Below, in pieces: positions 11,983-21,981 of a stretch of DNA of 64,000 nt. A program made the translations under genes and the position numbers. How positions within the stretch are numbered: position 1 is the stretch's first letter; the number at the start of each line of letters is the position of its first letter. The notes under the pieces were generated by a model, which saw only the letters and a list, made by a program, of their open reading frames with translations, searched no databases and was not told the DNA's origin. Source of the DNA: Escherichia coli. GTDB taxonomy: Bacteria; Pseudomonadota; Gammaproteobacteria; Enterobacterales; Enterobacteriaceae. Where the stretch lies: NCBI RefSeq assembly GCF_029227855.1, contig NZ_CP074356.1; one strand, 5' to 3'.

Positions 11983-12387
11983 AATCAAATAGCCTACGCA
12001 ATGTAGGCTTAATGATTCGTCTGAGTTATATTACGGGGCGTTTTTTTAATGCCCCGCTTTACATATATTTGCATTAATAAAATAATTGTAATTATAAAGT
12101 TAAATGTCGGTAATTTGTATTTAATAAATACGATCGATATTGTTACTTCATTCGCCTGGTGCTCCCTTTTAATTAACTGTTTTAGCGGAGGATGCGGAAA
12201 AAATTCAACTCATTTGTTAATTTTTAAAATTTATTTTTATTTGGATAATCAAATATTTACTCCGTATTTGCATAAAAACCATGCGAGTTACGGGCCTATA
12301 AGCCAGGCGAGATATGATCTATATCAATTTCTCATCTATAATGCTTTGTTAGTATCTCGTCGCCGACTTAATAAAGAGAGAGTTAGT
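11983..12387 (+). promoter_or_regulatory. focA-pflB multi-promoter control region (anaerobically regulated; FNR/ArcA/IHF sites expected)
   Basis: About 400-bp AT-rich non-coding leader upstream of the focA GTG start. The very long regulatory region with multiple promoters is established for this operon; individual sites were not mapped here. Confidence 0.6.
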
Positions 12388-13245
12388 GTGAAAGCTGACA
12401 ACCCTTTTGATCTTTTACTTCCTGCAGCAATGGCCAAAGTGGCCGAAGAGGCAGGTGTCTATAAAGCAACGAAACATCCGCTTAAGACTTTCTATCTGGC
12501 GATTACCGCCGGTGTTTTCATCTCAATCGCATTCGTCTTCTATATCACAGCAACCACTGGCACAGGAACAATGCCCTTCGGCATGGCAAAACTGGTTGGC
12601 GGCATTTGCTTCTCTCTGGGGCTGATTCTTTGTGTTGTCTGCGGAGCCGATCTCTTTACTTCCACAGTGTTGATTGTTGTTGCTAAGGCGAGTGGGCGAA
12701 TCACCTGGGGTCAGTTGGCGAAAAACTGGCTAAATGTCTATTTTGGCAACCTGGTCGGCGCACTGCTGTTTGTACTTTTAATGTGGCTTTCCGGCGAGTA
12801 TATGACCGCGAATGGTCAATGGGGACTAAACGTCCTACAAACCGCCGACCACAAAGTGCACCATACTTTTATTGAGGCCGTCTGCCTTGGTATCCTGGCA
12901 AACCTGATGGTATGTCTGGCAGTATGGATGAGTTATTCTGGCCGCAGCCTGATGGATAAAGCGTTCATTATGGTGCTGCCGGTCGCGATGTTTGTTGCCA
13001 GCGGTTTTGAGCACAGTATCGCAAACATGTTTATGATCCCGATGGGTATTGTAATCCGCGACTTCGCATCTCCGGAATTCTGGACCGCTGTCGGTTCTGC
13101 ACCGGAAAATTTTTCTCACCTGACCGTGATGAACTTCATCACTGATAACCTGATTCCGGTTACGATCGGTAATATTATCGGCGGTGGTTTGTTGGTTGGG
13201 TTGACATACTGGGTCATTTACCTGCGTGAAAACGATCACCATTAA
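12388..13245 (+). CDS. focA: Formate channel FocA
   Basis: Translation from GTG at 12388 (VKADNPFDLLLPAAMAKV...) gives the 285-aa formate-nitrite transporter family protein. The 398-aa ORF in the track is an upstream in-frame extension through the promoter region. Confidence 0.93.
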   Translation: MKADNPFDLLLPAAMAKVAEEAGVYKATKHPLKTFYLAITAGVFISIAFVFYITATTGTGTMPFGMAKLVGGICFSLGLILCVVCGADLFTSTVLIVVAKASGRITWGQLAKNWLNVYFGNLVGALLFVLLMWLSGEYMTANGQWGLNVLQTADHKVHHTFIEAVCLGILANLMVCLAVWMSYSGRSLMDKAFIMVLPVAMFVASGFEHSIANMFMIPMGIVIRDFASPEFWTAVGSAPENFSHLTVMNFITDNLIPVTIGNIIGGGLLVGLTYWVIYLRENDHH

Positions 13246-13299
13246 TGGTTGTCGAAGTACGCAGTAAATAAAAAATCCACTTAAGAAGGTAGGTGTTAC

Positions 13300-15582
13300 A
13301 TGTCCGAGCTTAATGAAAAGTTAGCCACAGCCTGGGAAGGTTTTACCAAAGGTGACTGGCAGAATGAAGTAAACGTCCGTGACTTCATTCAGAAAAACTA
13401 CACTCCGTACGAGGGTGACGAGTCCTTCCTGGCTGGCGCTACTGAAGCGACCACCACCCTGTGGGACAAAGTAATGGAAGGCGTTAAACTGGAAAACCGC
13501 ACTCACGCGCCAGTTGACTTTGACACCGCTGTTGCTTCCACCATCACCTCTCACGACGCTGGCTACATCAACAAAGCGTTGGAAAAAGTTGTTGGTCTGC
13601 AGACTGAAGCTCCGCTGAAACGTGCTCTTATCCCGTTCGGTGGTATCAAAATGATCGAAGGTTCCTGCAAAGCGTACAACCGCGAACTGGACCCGATGAT
13701 CAAAAAAATCTTCACTGAATACCGTAAAACTCACAACCAGGGCGTGTTCGACGTTTACACTCCGGACATCCTGCGTTGCCGTAAATCCGGTGTTCTGACC
13801 GGTCTGCCAGATGCTTATGGCCGTGGTCGTATCATCGGTGACTACCGTCGCGTTGCGCTGTACGGTATCGACTACCTGATGAAAGATAAACTTGCACAGT
13901 TCACCTCTCTGCAGGCTGATCTGGAAAACGGCGTAAACCTGGAACAGACTATCCGTCTGCGCGAAGAAATCGCTGAACAGCACCGCGCTCTGGGTCAGAT
14001 GAAAGAAATGGCTGCGAAATACGGCTACGACATCTCTGGTCCGGCTACCAACGCTCAGGAAGCTATCCAGTGGACTTACTTCGGCTACCTGGCTGCTGTT
14101 AAGTCTCAGAACGGTGCTGCAATGTCCTTCGGTCGTACCTCCACCTTCCTGGATGTGTACATCGAACGTGACCTGAAAGCTGGCAAGATCACCGAACAAG
14201 AAGCGCAGGAAATGGTTGACCACCTGGTCATGAAACTGCGTATGGTTCGCTTCCTGCGTACTCCGGAATACGATGAACTGTTCTCTGGCGACCCGATCTG
14301 GGCAACCGAATCTATCGGTGGTATGGGCCTCGACGGTCGTACCCTGGTTACCAAAAACAGCTTCCGTTTCCTGAACACCCTGTACACCATGGGTCCGTCT
14401 CCGGAACCGAACATGACCATTCTGTGGTCCGAAAAACTGCCGCTGAACTTCAAGAAATTCGCTGCTAAAGTGTCCATCGACACCTCTTCTCTGCAGTATG
14501 AGAACGATGACCTGATGCGTCCGGACTTCAACAACGATGACTACGCTATCGCTTGCTGCGTAAGCCCGATGATCGTTGGTAAACAAATGCAGTTCTTCGG
14601 TGCGCGTGCAAACCTGGCGAAAACCATGCTGTACGCAATCAACGGTGGCGTTGACGAAAAACTGAAAATGCAGGTTGGTCCGAAGTCTGAGCCGATCAAA
14701 GGCGATCTCCTGAACTACGATGAAGTGATGGAGCGCATGGATCACTTCATGGACTGGCTGGCTAAACAGTACATCACTGCACTGAACATCATCCACTACA
14801 TGCACGACAAGTACAGCTACGAAGCCTCTCTGATGGCGCTGCACGACCGTGACGTTATCCGCACCATGGCGTGTGGTATCGCTGGTCTGTCCGTTGCTGC
14901 TGACTCCCTGTCTGCAATCAAATATGCGAAAGTTAAACCGATTCGTGACGAAGACGGTCTGGCTATCGACTTCGAAATCGAAGGCGAATACCCGCAGTTT
15001 GGTAACAACGATCCGCGTGTAGATGACCTGGCTGTTGACCTGGTAGAACGTTTCATGAAGAAAATTCAGAAACTGCACACCTACCGTGACGCTATCCCGA
15101 CTCAGTCTGTTCTGACCATCACTTCTAACGTTGTGTATGGTAAGAAAACTGGTAACACCCCAGACGGTCGTCGTGCTGGCGCGCCGTTCGGACCGGGTGC
15201 TAACCCGATGCACGGTCGTGACCAGAAAGGTGCAGTAGCCTCTCTGACTTCCGTTGCTAAACTGCCGTTTGCTTACGCTAAAGATGGTATCTCCTACACC
15301 TTCTCTATCGTTCCGAACGCACTGGGTAAAGACGACGAAGTTCGTAAGACCAACCTGGCTGGTCTGATGGATGGTTACTTCCACCACGAAGCATCCATCG
15401 AAGGTGGTCAGCACCTGAACGTTAACGTGATGAACCGTGAAATGCTGCTCGACGCGATGGAAAACCCGGAAAAATATCCGCAGCTGACCATCCGTGTATC
15501 TGGCTACGCAGTACGTTTCAACTCGCTGACTAAAGAACAGCAGCAGGACGTTATTACTCGTACCTTCACTCAATCTATGTAA
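13300..15582 (+). CDS. pflB: Pyruvate formate-lyase 1 (formate C-acetyltransferase)
   Basis: 760-aa [19 protein letters not shown]-terminus, glycyl-radical motif RVSGYAV near the C-terminus. Confidence 0.98.
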   Translation: MSELNEKLATAWEGFTKGDWQNEVNVRDFIQKNYTPYEGDESFLAGATEATTTLWDKVMEGVKLENRTHAPVDFDTAVASTITSHDAGYINKALEKVVGLQTEAPLKRALIPFGGIKMIEGSCKAYNRELDPMIKKIFTEYRKTHNQGVFDVYTPDILRCRKSGVLTGLPDAYGRGRIIGDYRRVALYGIDYLMKDKLAQFTSLQADLENGVNLEQTIRLREEIAEQHRALGQMKEMAAKYGYDISGPATNAQEAIQWTYFGYLAAVKSQNGAAMSFGRTSTFLDVYIERDLKAGKITEQEAQEMVDHLVMKLRMVRFLRTPEYDELFSGDPIWATESIGGMGLDGRTLVTKNSFRFLNTLYTMGPSPEPNMTILWSEKLPLNFKKFAAKVSIDTSSLQYENDDLMRPDFNNDDYAIACCVSPMIVGKQMQFFGARANLAKTMLYAINGGVDEKLKMQVGPKSEPIKGDLLNYDEVMERMDHFMDWLAKQYITALNIIHYMHDKYSYEASLMALHDRDVIRTMACGIAGLSVAADSLSAIKYAKVKPIRDEDGLAIDFEIEGEYPQFGNNDPRVDDLAVDLVERFMKKIQKLHTYRDAIPTQSVLTITSNVVYGKKTGNTPDGRRAGAPFGPGANPMHGRDQKGAVASLTSVAKLPFAYAKDGISYTFSIVPNALGKDDEVRKTNLAGLMDGYFHHEASIEGGQHLNVNVMNREMLLDAMENPEKYPQLTIRVSGYAVRFNSLTKEQQQDVITRTFTQSM

Positions 15583-15619
15583 TTAGATTTGACTGAAATC
15601 GTACAGTAAAAAGCGTACA

Positions 15620-15652
15620 ATAAAGGCTCCACGAAAGTGGGGCCTTTTTTAG
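15620..15652 (+). terminator. Rho-independent terminator after pflB
   Basis: GC hairpin (aggctccacgaaagtggggcct) followed by a T-run, 40 bp past the pflB stop. Confidence 0.6.
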
Positions 15653-15773
15653 CACGAGAGCCTTTTTTGTCAGCTATCTATACTTTAAGGTGACTGCCAA
15701 AACAGACTCGACGTAGCCTTCGAGCTGCGCACCAACACGGCCTCAGATGGGCCACATCTGGAGAAACACCGCA

Positions 15774-16514
15774 ATGTCAGTTATTGGTCGCATTCACTCC
15801 TTTGAATCCTGTGGAACCGTAGACGGCCCGGGTATTCGCTTTATCACCTTTTTCCAGGGCTGCCTGATGCGCTGCCTGTATTGTCATAACCGCGACACCT
15901 GGGACACGCATGGCGGTAAAGAAGTTACCGTTGAAGATTTAATGAAAGAGGTGGTGACCTATCGCCACTTTATGAACGCTTCCGGCGGCGGCGTTACCGC
16001 ATCCGGCGGTGAAGCAATCCTGCAAGCTGAGTTTGTTCGTGACTGGTTCCGCGCCTGCAAAAAAGAAGGCATTCATACCTGTCTGGACACCAACGGTTTT
16101 GTTCGTCGTTACGATCCGGTGATTGATGAACTGCTGGAAGTAACCGACCTGGTAATGCTCGATCTCAAACAGATGAACGACGAGATCCACCAAAATCTGG
16201 TTGGAGTTTCAAACCACCGCACGCTGGAGTTCGCCAAATATCTGGCGAACAAAAATGTGAAGGTGTGGATCCGCTACGTTGTTGTCCCAGGCTGGTCTGA
16301 CGATGACGATTCAGCGCATCGCCTCGGTGAATTTACCCGTGATATGGGCAACGTTGAGAAAATCGAGCTTCTCCCCTACCACGAACTTGGCAAACACAAA
16401 TGGGTGGCGATGGGTGAAGAATACAAACTTGATGGTGTTAAACCACCGAAGAAAGAGACCATGGAACGCGTGAAAGGCATTCTTGAGCAGTACGGTCATA
16501 AGGTAATGTTCTAA
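15774..16514 (+). CDS. pflA: Pyruvate formate-lyase activating enzyme (radical SAM)
   Basis: CxxxCxxC radical-SAM motif ([10 protein letters not shown]); start trimmed to [10 protein letters not shown] (246 aa). Confidence 0.96.
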   Translation: MSVIGRIHSFESCGTVDGPGIRFITFFQGCLMRCLYCHNRDTWDTHGGKEVTVEDLMKEVVTYRHFMNASGGGVTASGGEAILQAEFVRDWFRACKKEGIHTCLDTNGFVRRYDPVIDELLEVTDLVMLDLKQMNDEIHQNLVGVSNHRTLEFAKYLANKNVKVWIRYVVVPGWSDDDDSAHRLGEFTRDMGNVEKIELLPYHELGKHKWVAMGEEYKLDGVKPPKKETMERVKGILEQYGHKVMF

Positions 16515-16522
16515 TTTCCCCG

Positions 16523-16558
16523 TAAAGCGGCAACTTTTTTGAGTTGCCGCTTTTTTAT
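16523..16558 (+). terminator. Rho-independent, probably bidirectional terminator between pflA and ycaM
   Basis: Perfect hairpin gcggcaact/agttgccgc flanked by A-run upstream and T-run downstream. Confidence 0.6.
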
Positions 16559-16723
16559 TCCGCTCTGCATAAATAATTCAGAGCTCTATTTCTAACGCCC
16601 TTACAGCACAGCTTCCAAATGTATTACCCAAACCGCCAGTATATGTCCTGCGGCTTACGCGCATTTCTCGATTATGTAAAAACGGGTCAGATCTGCCAGA
16701 GTCAGCGTCACCGACCACAATAA

Positions 16724-18154
16724 TTATTTACCATTCGCTTTACGCGCCAGCAGCGGGAATATCAGTCCTAATCCTACCAACACAAACGGCGTTGCAACAT
16801 TCAGCGCCAACTGGAAGGTCCACTCTGCAGTGAAGGCTTCCATTTTCGGGAAGATCCCCGTCAAACAGGCAAAGGCGGTAAAGGCAAAACACCAAATCCC
16901 GACGGTCATTGCCAGAGGCTTATTACGAATAAAGACATATTCTGGTTTATATTTCTGCGCCAGGCGAACGACTGCAATAAATGCAACAAATACCCATAAA
17001 TAACGCAGCGGCATCACTACCGAATTAAGGTTCAACAGCCATTTATAGAGATTGTTCATATCACCAATGCCGAGAGTCGGTAGCATTATCAGAATCGCCA
17101 CCAGCACCAGGGTCAGAAAATAGCCATTAACGGGCGTACCAGAAGCGTTGGTACGACATAAACTGGCTGGAATATATTTGCTGTCAGCATCGCCTAATAA
17201 CACTTTAAGCGGCGCATCAATCGAGAATACCAGCGCAGCTACTTGTCCCAGGGTATTCGCAATGGCATAAATCACCATTAAAGTATTACCCATGTTGTAA
17301 TACTCGCCCAGCTTCTGAAAGGCGTAATACTGACCGTTAGTCATTAAGTCATCCGGGATATTACGCGAGTCAAACATCATCCCCATCGCCAGTGAGCCCA
17401 GAATGGCACAAACCGCAACCATCACCGCCAGGCATAACATCCCTTTTGGAAATTCTTTTCCTGGGTTGCGCGTTTGATTAACGTAAGGAGAAATCTTCTC
17501 TGCTCCGCCAACCGCGAAAACCAGCATTGAAATAGTGGTAATGTAGGTAAAGTCGATATGAGGAATGAACGTTTCCCAGGTAATGTTTGTGGTCGCAATA
17601 TGCACTTCAGTAATCGCAGGCGCGGTTACCGCCATCGCCACATACAGGAGCGACATAACAAACATCGCAATCCCTGCCACAGAACCGACGATTTTCAGCG
17701 ATTTCATACCGCGTGAAGCAACCCACATAAAGAAGATAAACAGCACCAGCGTTAACCCCTGTAACGCTACGACTGAATATTCTTTGATTAACGAACCGTC
17801 GCCTTTCATCGCCCAACCGAGCGCAATCAGTATTGCCTGGGGTTTTTGTGCCAGATAGGGAATATGCACTACCCAGTAGGTCCACGCGGCGAGGTAAGCC
17901 AGTCCGGGTCCCATCGTGTGTTTAATCCAGGTACTGACCCCGCCCTTCCCATCTTTGAAGGTCGAGCCTAACTGACCAACAATTAGCGCATAAGGTGTGA
18001 AATAGAGCGCAAAGATAAACACCCATGAAAAAACAACCACCAGCCCCTGGTTGGCGTAGTTATTAACAACGTTGCCAAAACCCCAGACAGTGATAAAAGA
18101 CATCAGCGCAATGTTGTACCATCGCAGCTGTTTTTCCTGAACATTCCCAGCCAT
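16724..18154 (-). CDS. ycaM: APC-superfamily amino-acid transporter YcaM
   Basis: Polytopic membrane protein; start trimmed to MAGNVQEKQLRWYNIALMSF (476 aa). The 540-aa ORF is an upstream extension. Confidence 0.88.
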   Translation of the reverse strand: MAGNVQEKQLRWYNIALMSFITVWGFGNVVNNYANQGLVVVFSWVFIFALYFTPYALIVGQLGSTFKDGKGGVSTWIKHTMGPGLAYLAAWTYWVVHIPYLAQKPQAILIALGWAMKGDGSLIKEYSVVALQGLTLVLFIFFMWVASRGMKSLKIVGSVAGIAMFVMSLLYVAMAVTAPAITEVHIATTNITWETFIPHIDFTYITTISMLVFAVGGAEKISPYVNQTRNPGKEFPKGMLCLAVMVAVCAILGSLAMGMMFDSRNIPDDLMTNGQYYAFQKLGEYYNMGNTLMVIYAIANTLGQVAALVFSIDAPLKVLLGDADSKYIPASLCRTNASGTPVNGYFLTLVLVAILIMLPTLGIGDMNNLYKWLLNLNSVVMPLRYLWVFVAFIAVVRLAQKYKPEYVFIRNKPLAMTVGIWCFAFTAFACLTGIFPKMEAFTAEWTFQLALNVATPFVLVGLGLIFPLLARKANGK

Positions 18155-18317
18155 AGACAAATCCTTCGCCAAAATTAAAGGGGCATCTGTAAAACGAGGG
18201 ATTATGCGCGGCAAATAAGAAGTGCGGAAATAGCGAAATGCAAAATTATAACCTGCTGCACATTTTATTTTTAAACGAATAAAATTTGGAATAAAGCAAG
18301 TCAGATAGAAGAAACAA

Positions 18318-18354
18318 AAAAGCAGAGTGTGAAACAGTAAGTTCACACTCTGCT
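18318..18354 (-). terminator. Rho-independent terminator after ycaD
   Basis: Hairpin gcagagtgtgaa/ttcacactctgc followed on the minus strand by a T-run, just below the ycaD stop. Confidence 0.6.
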
Positions 18355-18363
18355 TGAATTCAT

Positions 18364-19512
18364 TTACACGTGAGCAACGGGTTTCGGCGTATGACCGGCG
18401 TTGCGAAGCAGCATCAGCAAATAGATAAACGATACGCTGGCGATCATGATAAACAATAAATTATCGGAGAAATTCTGCATTAGCATGGCAGTAAATGACG
18501 GGCCAAGCAGACTTCCCACGGTATAGCTCAACAGTAAGGCCTGGTTCATCGCCACCAGTTGATGATGTTCAACTTTCTCGCAAGCCCATGCCATCGCCAC
18601 CGGATATAACGTAAAGCCAGCGGCACCGAGGATGAATAACGCTGGGGCCATCGCCGCCTGGCTAAGCATCGCGATACTGCCGAGAATGACGACAAAGACC
18701 TGAACACGCAACACCAGCAGTCGACCAAACTTATCCGCCAGACGTCCAATCGGCCATTGTCCAAGGATACCCGCACTGACCAGTACCGCCATCCAGAAAC
18801 CAATGCTGGCATTGCTCACCCCTTTGTGATTGAGGTACAGCGGCATCAGGCCATATAGAGATCCCAGAACGATTCCTGAGATAATGCAGCCATTCACGCC
18901 AAGCCGCGCCTGACGGAGTTTTAGCATTGACGTAATTGACGTCGAATCATGGTTTTCAGCCTGCTGATTCAGCACACGCGTAAACAACAGCGGTAAGATC
19001 CCTGCCAACGTCAAACCTGTAACCCACGGCAATACGGACATCAGCTCGGTTGAAACTTTGCTGACCAGTAACTGGCCTAAAAACGTTCCCACGTAATAAA
19101 CCATCATATACGCAGCAAGCAAACGCCCACGGTTACGTGACGTCCCACTGCACATCAGCGCGCTCTCAACAACCACCCAAATCATGGCACAGCCGACGCC
19201 GGCGACAAAACGCCAAGCCAACCAGCTCCAGAATCCAATCATCAGGCCAAGGCCGGCACAGCCAGCGGCAAAAATGAAGGAGGCCAGATAATAGCTGCGG
19301 TTAAAGCCAATGCGCTTAATGACATACCCTGTCAGCAATGTACCGACCAGGTTGCCGGTAAAATAGGATGAGCTGACAACGCCTACCTGCCATGTGGACA
19401 TGTGTTCCTGGGCGAGCCAAAGCGGCACGAGTGTATTTAACACTGCGATCGCCAGAGTCAACAAAAGCAGGCCAGACAGCAAAAGCATGACAGGCCGGGT
19501 ATACGTGGACAT
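18364..19512 (-). CDS. ycaD: MFS transporter YcaD
   Basis: 382-aa 12-TM-type protein; position between ycaM and ycaC. Confidence 0.88.
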   Translation of the reverse strand: MSTYTRPVMLLLSGLLLLTLAIAVLNTLVPLWLAQEHMSTWQVGVVSSSYFTGNLVGTLLTGYVIKRIGFNRSYYLASFIFAAGCAGLGLMIGFWSWLAWRFVAGVGCAMIWVVVESALMCSGTSRNRGRLLAAYMMVYYVGTFLGQLLVSKVSTELMSVLPWVTGLTLAGILPLLFTRVLNQQAENHDSTSITSMLKLRQARLGVNGCIISGIVLGSLYGLMPLYLNHKGVSNASIGFWMAVLVSAGILGQWPIGRLADKFGRLLVLRVQVFVVILGSIAMLSQAAMAPALFILGAAGFTLYPVAMAWACEKVEHHQLVAMNQALLLSYTVGSLLGPSFTAMLMQNFSDNLLFIMIASVSFIYLLMLLRNAGHTPKPVAHV

Positions 19513-19826
19513 GAATTAAAACCGTGAGGAAGTTCAAATTTCATGCGCATCATGCCACCGCCAAAAACATTGTCAATGGGTGAAAATACGCGCATATCGC
19601 AGCGGAGGTATTATCGATTTATATTACTCATTCATAACGCTAATGCTGGAGAGACGATTAATCTCATCTGATTGTTTTTATTGATCTAACACAAATTTCA
19701 TACGCTTCGTTCAGTCGAAAAATTTCATGGTCAAAGCAAACTCATATTTCCCGTCTATGCTTTCAGAGCAATGCATCGCGTCTGACCGATTTCAGACGTA
19801 CCACTGACTCTCGAAAGGAGAAGAGG

Positions 19827-20453
19827 ATGACCAAACCGTATGTTCGTCTTGATAAAAATGATGCTGCCGTTTTGCTTGTTGATCACCAGGCTGGTTTACT
19901 TTCCCTTGTACGGGATATCGAACCCGATAAGTTTAAAAATAACGTGCTGGCGCTGGGCGACCTGGCTAAGTATTTCAACTTACCTACTATTCTTACCACC
20001 AGTTTTGAAACCGGTCCTAACGGCCCATTAGTTCCAGAACTGAAAGCACAGTTCCCCGATGCACCTTACATTGCTCGCCCGGGCAATATTAACGCCTGGG
20101 ATAACGAAGATTTTGTAAAAGCTGTCAAAGCGACAGGTAAAAAACAGTTAATTATTGCCGGTGTGGTAACCGAAGTTTGCGTGGCATTCCCGGCGCTTTC
20201 AGCCATTGAAGAGGGGTTTGATGTATTTGTCGTGACTGATGCATCAGGGACCTTTAATGAAATTACCCGGCATTCGGCGTGGGATCGCATGTCGCAAGCT
20301 GGTGCGCAATTGATGACATGGTTCGGCGTGGCTTGCGAGCTGCACCGTGACTGGCGTAATGATATTGAAGGACTGGCGACGTTGTTCTCTAACCACATTC
20401 CTGATTATCGTAATTTGATGACCAGTTATGACACATTAACGAAGCAGAAATAA
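19827..20453 (+). CDS. ycaC: Isochorismatase-family hydrolase YcaC
   Basis: 208-aa ORF with a cysteine-hydrolase fold signature (VAFPALS, VVTDASG); adjacent to dmsC. Confidence 0.88.
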   Translation: MTKPYVRLDKNDAAVLLVDHQAGLLSLVRDIEPDKFKNNVLALGDLAKYFNLPTILTTSFETGPNGPLVPELKAQFPDAPYIARPGNINAWDNEDFVKAVKATGKKQLIIAGVVTEVCVAFPALSAIEEGFDVFVVTDASGTFNEITRHSAWDRMSQAGAQLMTWFGVACELHRDWRNDIEGLATLFSNHIPDYRNLMTSYDTLTKQK

Positions 20454-20488
20454 AAGAGAACCGGGGTCGAAACCCCGGTTGTTACTGA

Positions 20489-21352
20489 TTAGCTTGCGAC
20501 GGCCATCCCCACGGTCATATGCAAACCATAGAATACGCCGCGGCCGATTAATTCTCCTGCCAGAAGCAGAATGAATGAGACGGATAGTAGCGGAACCGCA
20601 GGCTGATAACCTTTTAGCTGTGGTGCAATCCACAAACACAGGGCAACAGCCAAAAGCACGATCCGCCAGGACATCAGCGCACCATAGTCCGGCACCAGCG
20701 CTGCGGCCTGCTGCACAGAACTATGAATAGTCGCCAGCTCTGCGCCCTGCATCACTGACATCACACCACTCACTACCAGTGCCAGTACAGAAATGGCTGG
20801 CAGCAGACGCATCGCCCAGCCATCGACGCCAGCCAGACTCAGCAACAGGTAACCCAGTAACGGGCCGCCCATAAACATCGTCAGGAAGAAGCCCATCGGC
20901 GTCCAGATGCTGTACCAGGTCGGAACGGTATGAATGCTGTTATACACACGCACCATCATCCAGACAAAGATGACGCCAAGAACCATCGTCACTATCAGCC
21001 ACAGCGTACGCAATGCCGGTGACAGCTTTTTCAGCATTGCCAGCAACCAGCCGATGCCACCAACAGCAAAAAAGATCGAACCGCTGGCGATTTCGTTACT
21101 GAGTGCTGAAGCCCCTACCCGGTTGAGCGAGTTAAAGGCGCGCATCGGTGAACCAAGATGAAGCATAGAGGCGATAAAGCCAATGCCCATCAGCACCCAT
21201 AAACCAAACATGCAGGCAATAACACGCTGCTGGGCTTCTGCTCGCAGGTCGCCTTTGAGCAGCGCCAAAGCCAGAACGATAAAACCACCCGCTACACATT
21301 GCCCGAAGACCGTGAAGATCATCAGCGGCCATTCATGCCATCCACTTCCCAT
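20489..21352 (-). CDS. dmsC: DMSO reductase membrane anchor subunit
   Basis: Hydrophobic 287-aa protein starting MGSGWHEWPLMIF; start overlaps the dmsB stop. Confidence 0.93.
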   Translation of the reverse strand: MGSGWHEWPLMIFTVFGQCVAGGFIVLALALLKGDLRAEAQQRVIACMFGLWVLMGIGFIASMLHLGSPMRAFNSLNRVGASALSNEIASGSIFFAVGGIGWLLAMLKKLSPALRTLWLIVTMVLGVIFVWMMVRVYNSIHTVPTWYSIWTPMGFFLTMFMGGPLLGYLLLSLAGVDGWAMRLLPAISVLALVVSGVMSVMQGAELATIHSSVQQAAALVPDYGALMSWRIVLLAVALCLWIAPQLKGYQPAVPLLSVSFILLLAGELIGRGVFYGLHMTVGMAVAS

Positions 21353-21353
21353 C

Positions 21354-21971
21354 TCACACCTCCTTCGGGTTTGCCAGATAGCCAGTGGTATCCCCGGTCG
21401 GGCGGCTGTTGGCATTGGGTTTGATCACAATATTCGGTTTGGTAAAGTGAGCTCGCGGCAACGGCGCAACGGCCGCCAGATCGCCATGTTTTTTACGCAG
21501 CTCGTCGATAGGGCCGAAATCCAGCGCCCGCAGCGGGCAAGATTCAACACAGATCGGCTTTTTCCCCTCCGCAACACGGTCATAACAACCATCGCATTTG
21601 GTCATATGGCCTTTCGTTTCGTTATATTGCGGTGCGCCATACGGGCAAGCCATATGGCAGTAGCGGCAGCCAATGCACACATCTTCATCGACTACAACAA
21701 AACCATCTTCACGTTTATGCATCGCACCACTCGGGCAGACTTTAGTACAAGCCGGATCTTCGCAGTGGTTACATGAAATCGACAGATAGTAGGCAAACAC
21801 GTTCTGATGCCAGACACCGTTATCTTCCTGCCAGTCACCGCCAGCATATTCATAAATGCGGCGGAAGCTGACTTCCGGCGTCAGATCTTTATAGTCTTTA
21901 CAGGCCAGCTCGCAGGTTTTGCAACCGGTGCAACGGCTGGAATCAATAAAAAATCCATACTGGGTTGTCAT
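21354..21971 (-). CDS. dmsB: DMSO reductase iron-sulfur subunit
   Basis: 205 aa with four CxxCxxCxxxCP ferredoxin-type clusters. Confidence 0.96.
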   Translation of the reverse strand: MTTQYGFFIDSSRCTGCKTCELACKDYKDLTPEVSFRRIYEYAGGDWQEDNGVWHQNVFAYYLSISCNHCEDPACTKVCPSGAMHKREDGFVVVDEDVCIGCRYCHMACPYGAPQYNETKGHMTKCDGCYDRVAEGKKPICVESCPLRALDFGPIDELRKKHGDLAAVAPLPRAHFTKPNIVIKPNANSRPTGDTTGYLANPKEV

Positions 21972-21981
21972 CGGTTACTCC

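Noticed and set aside
12049-12387. Upstream in-frame extension making focA a 398-aa ORF
   Set aside because: The extension runs through the AT-rich focA-pflB promoter region and adds a non-membrane N-terminus absent from FocA; the GTG start at 12388 gives the canonical 285-aa channel.
13321-15573. 750-aa ORF on the minus strand spanning almost all of pflB
   Set aside because: Antisense to a highly expressed, strongly codon-biased gene whose identity is unambiguous; long stop-free antisense frames are a known artefact of such codon usage. No independent start context or recognisable domain.
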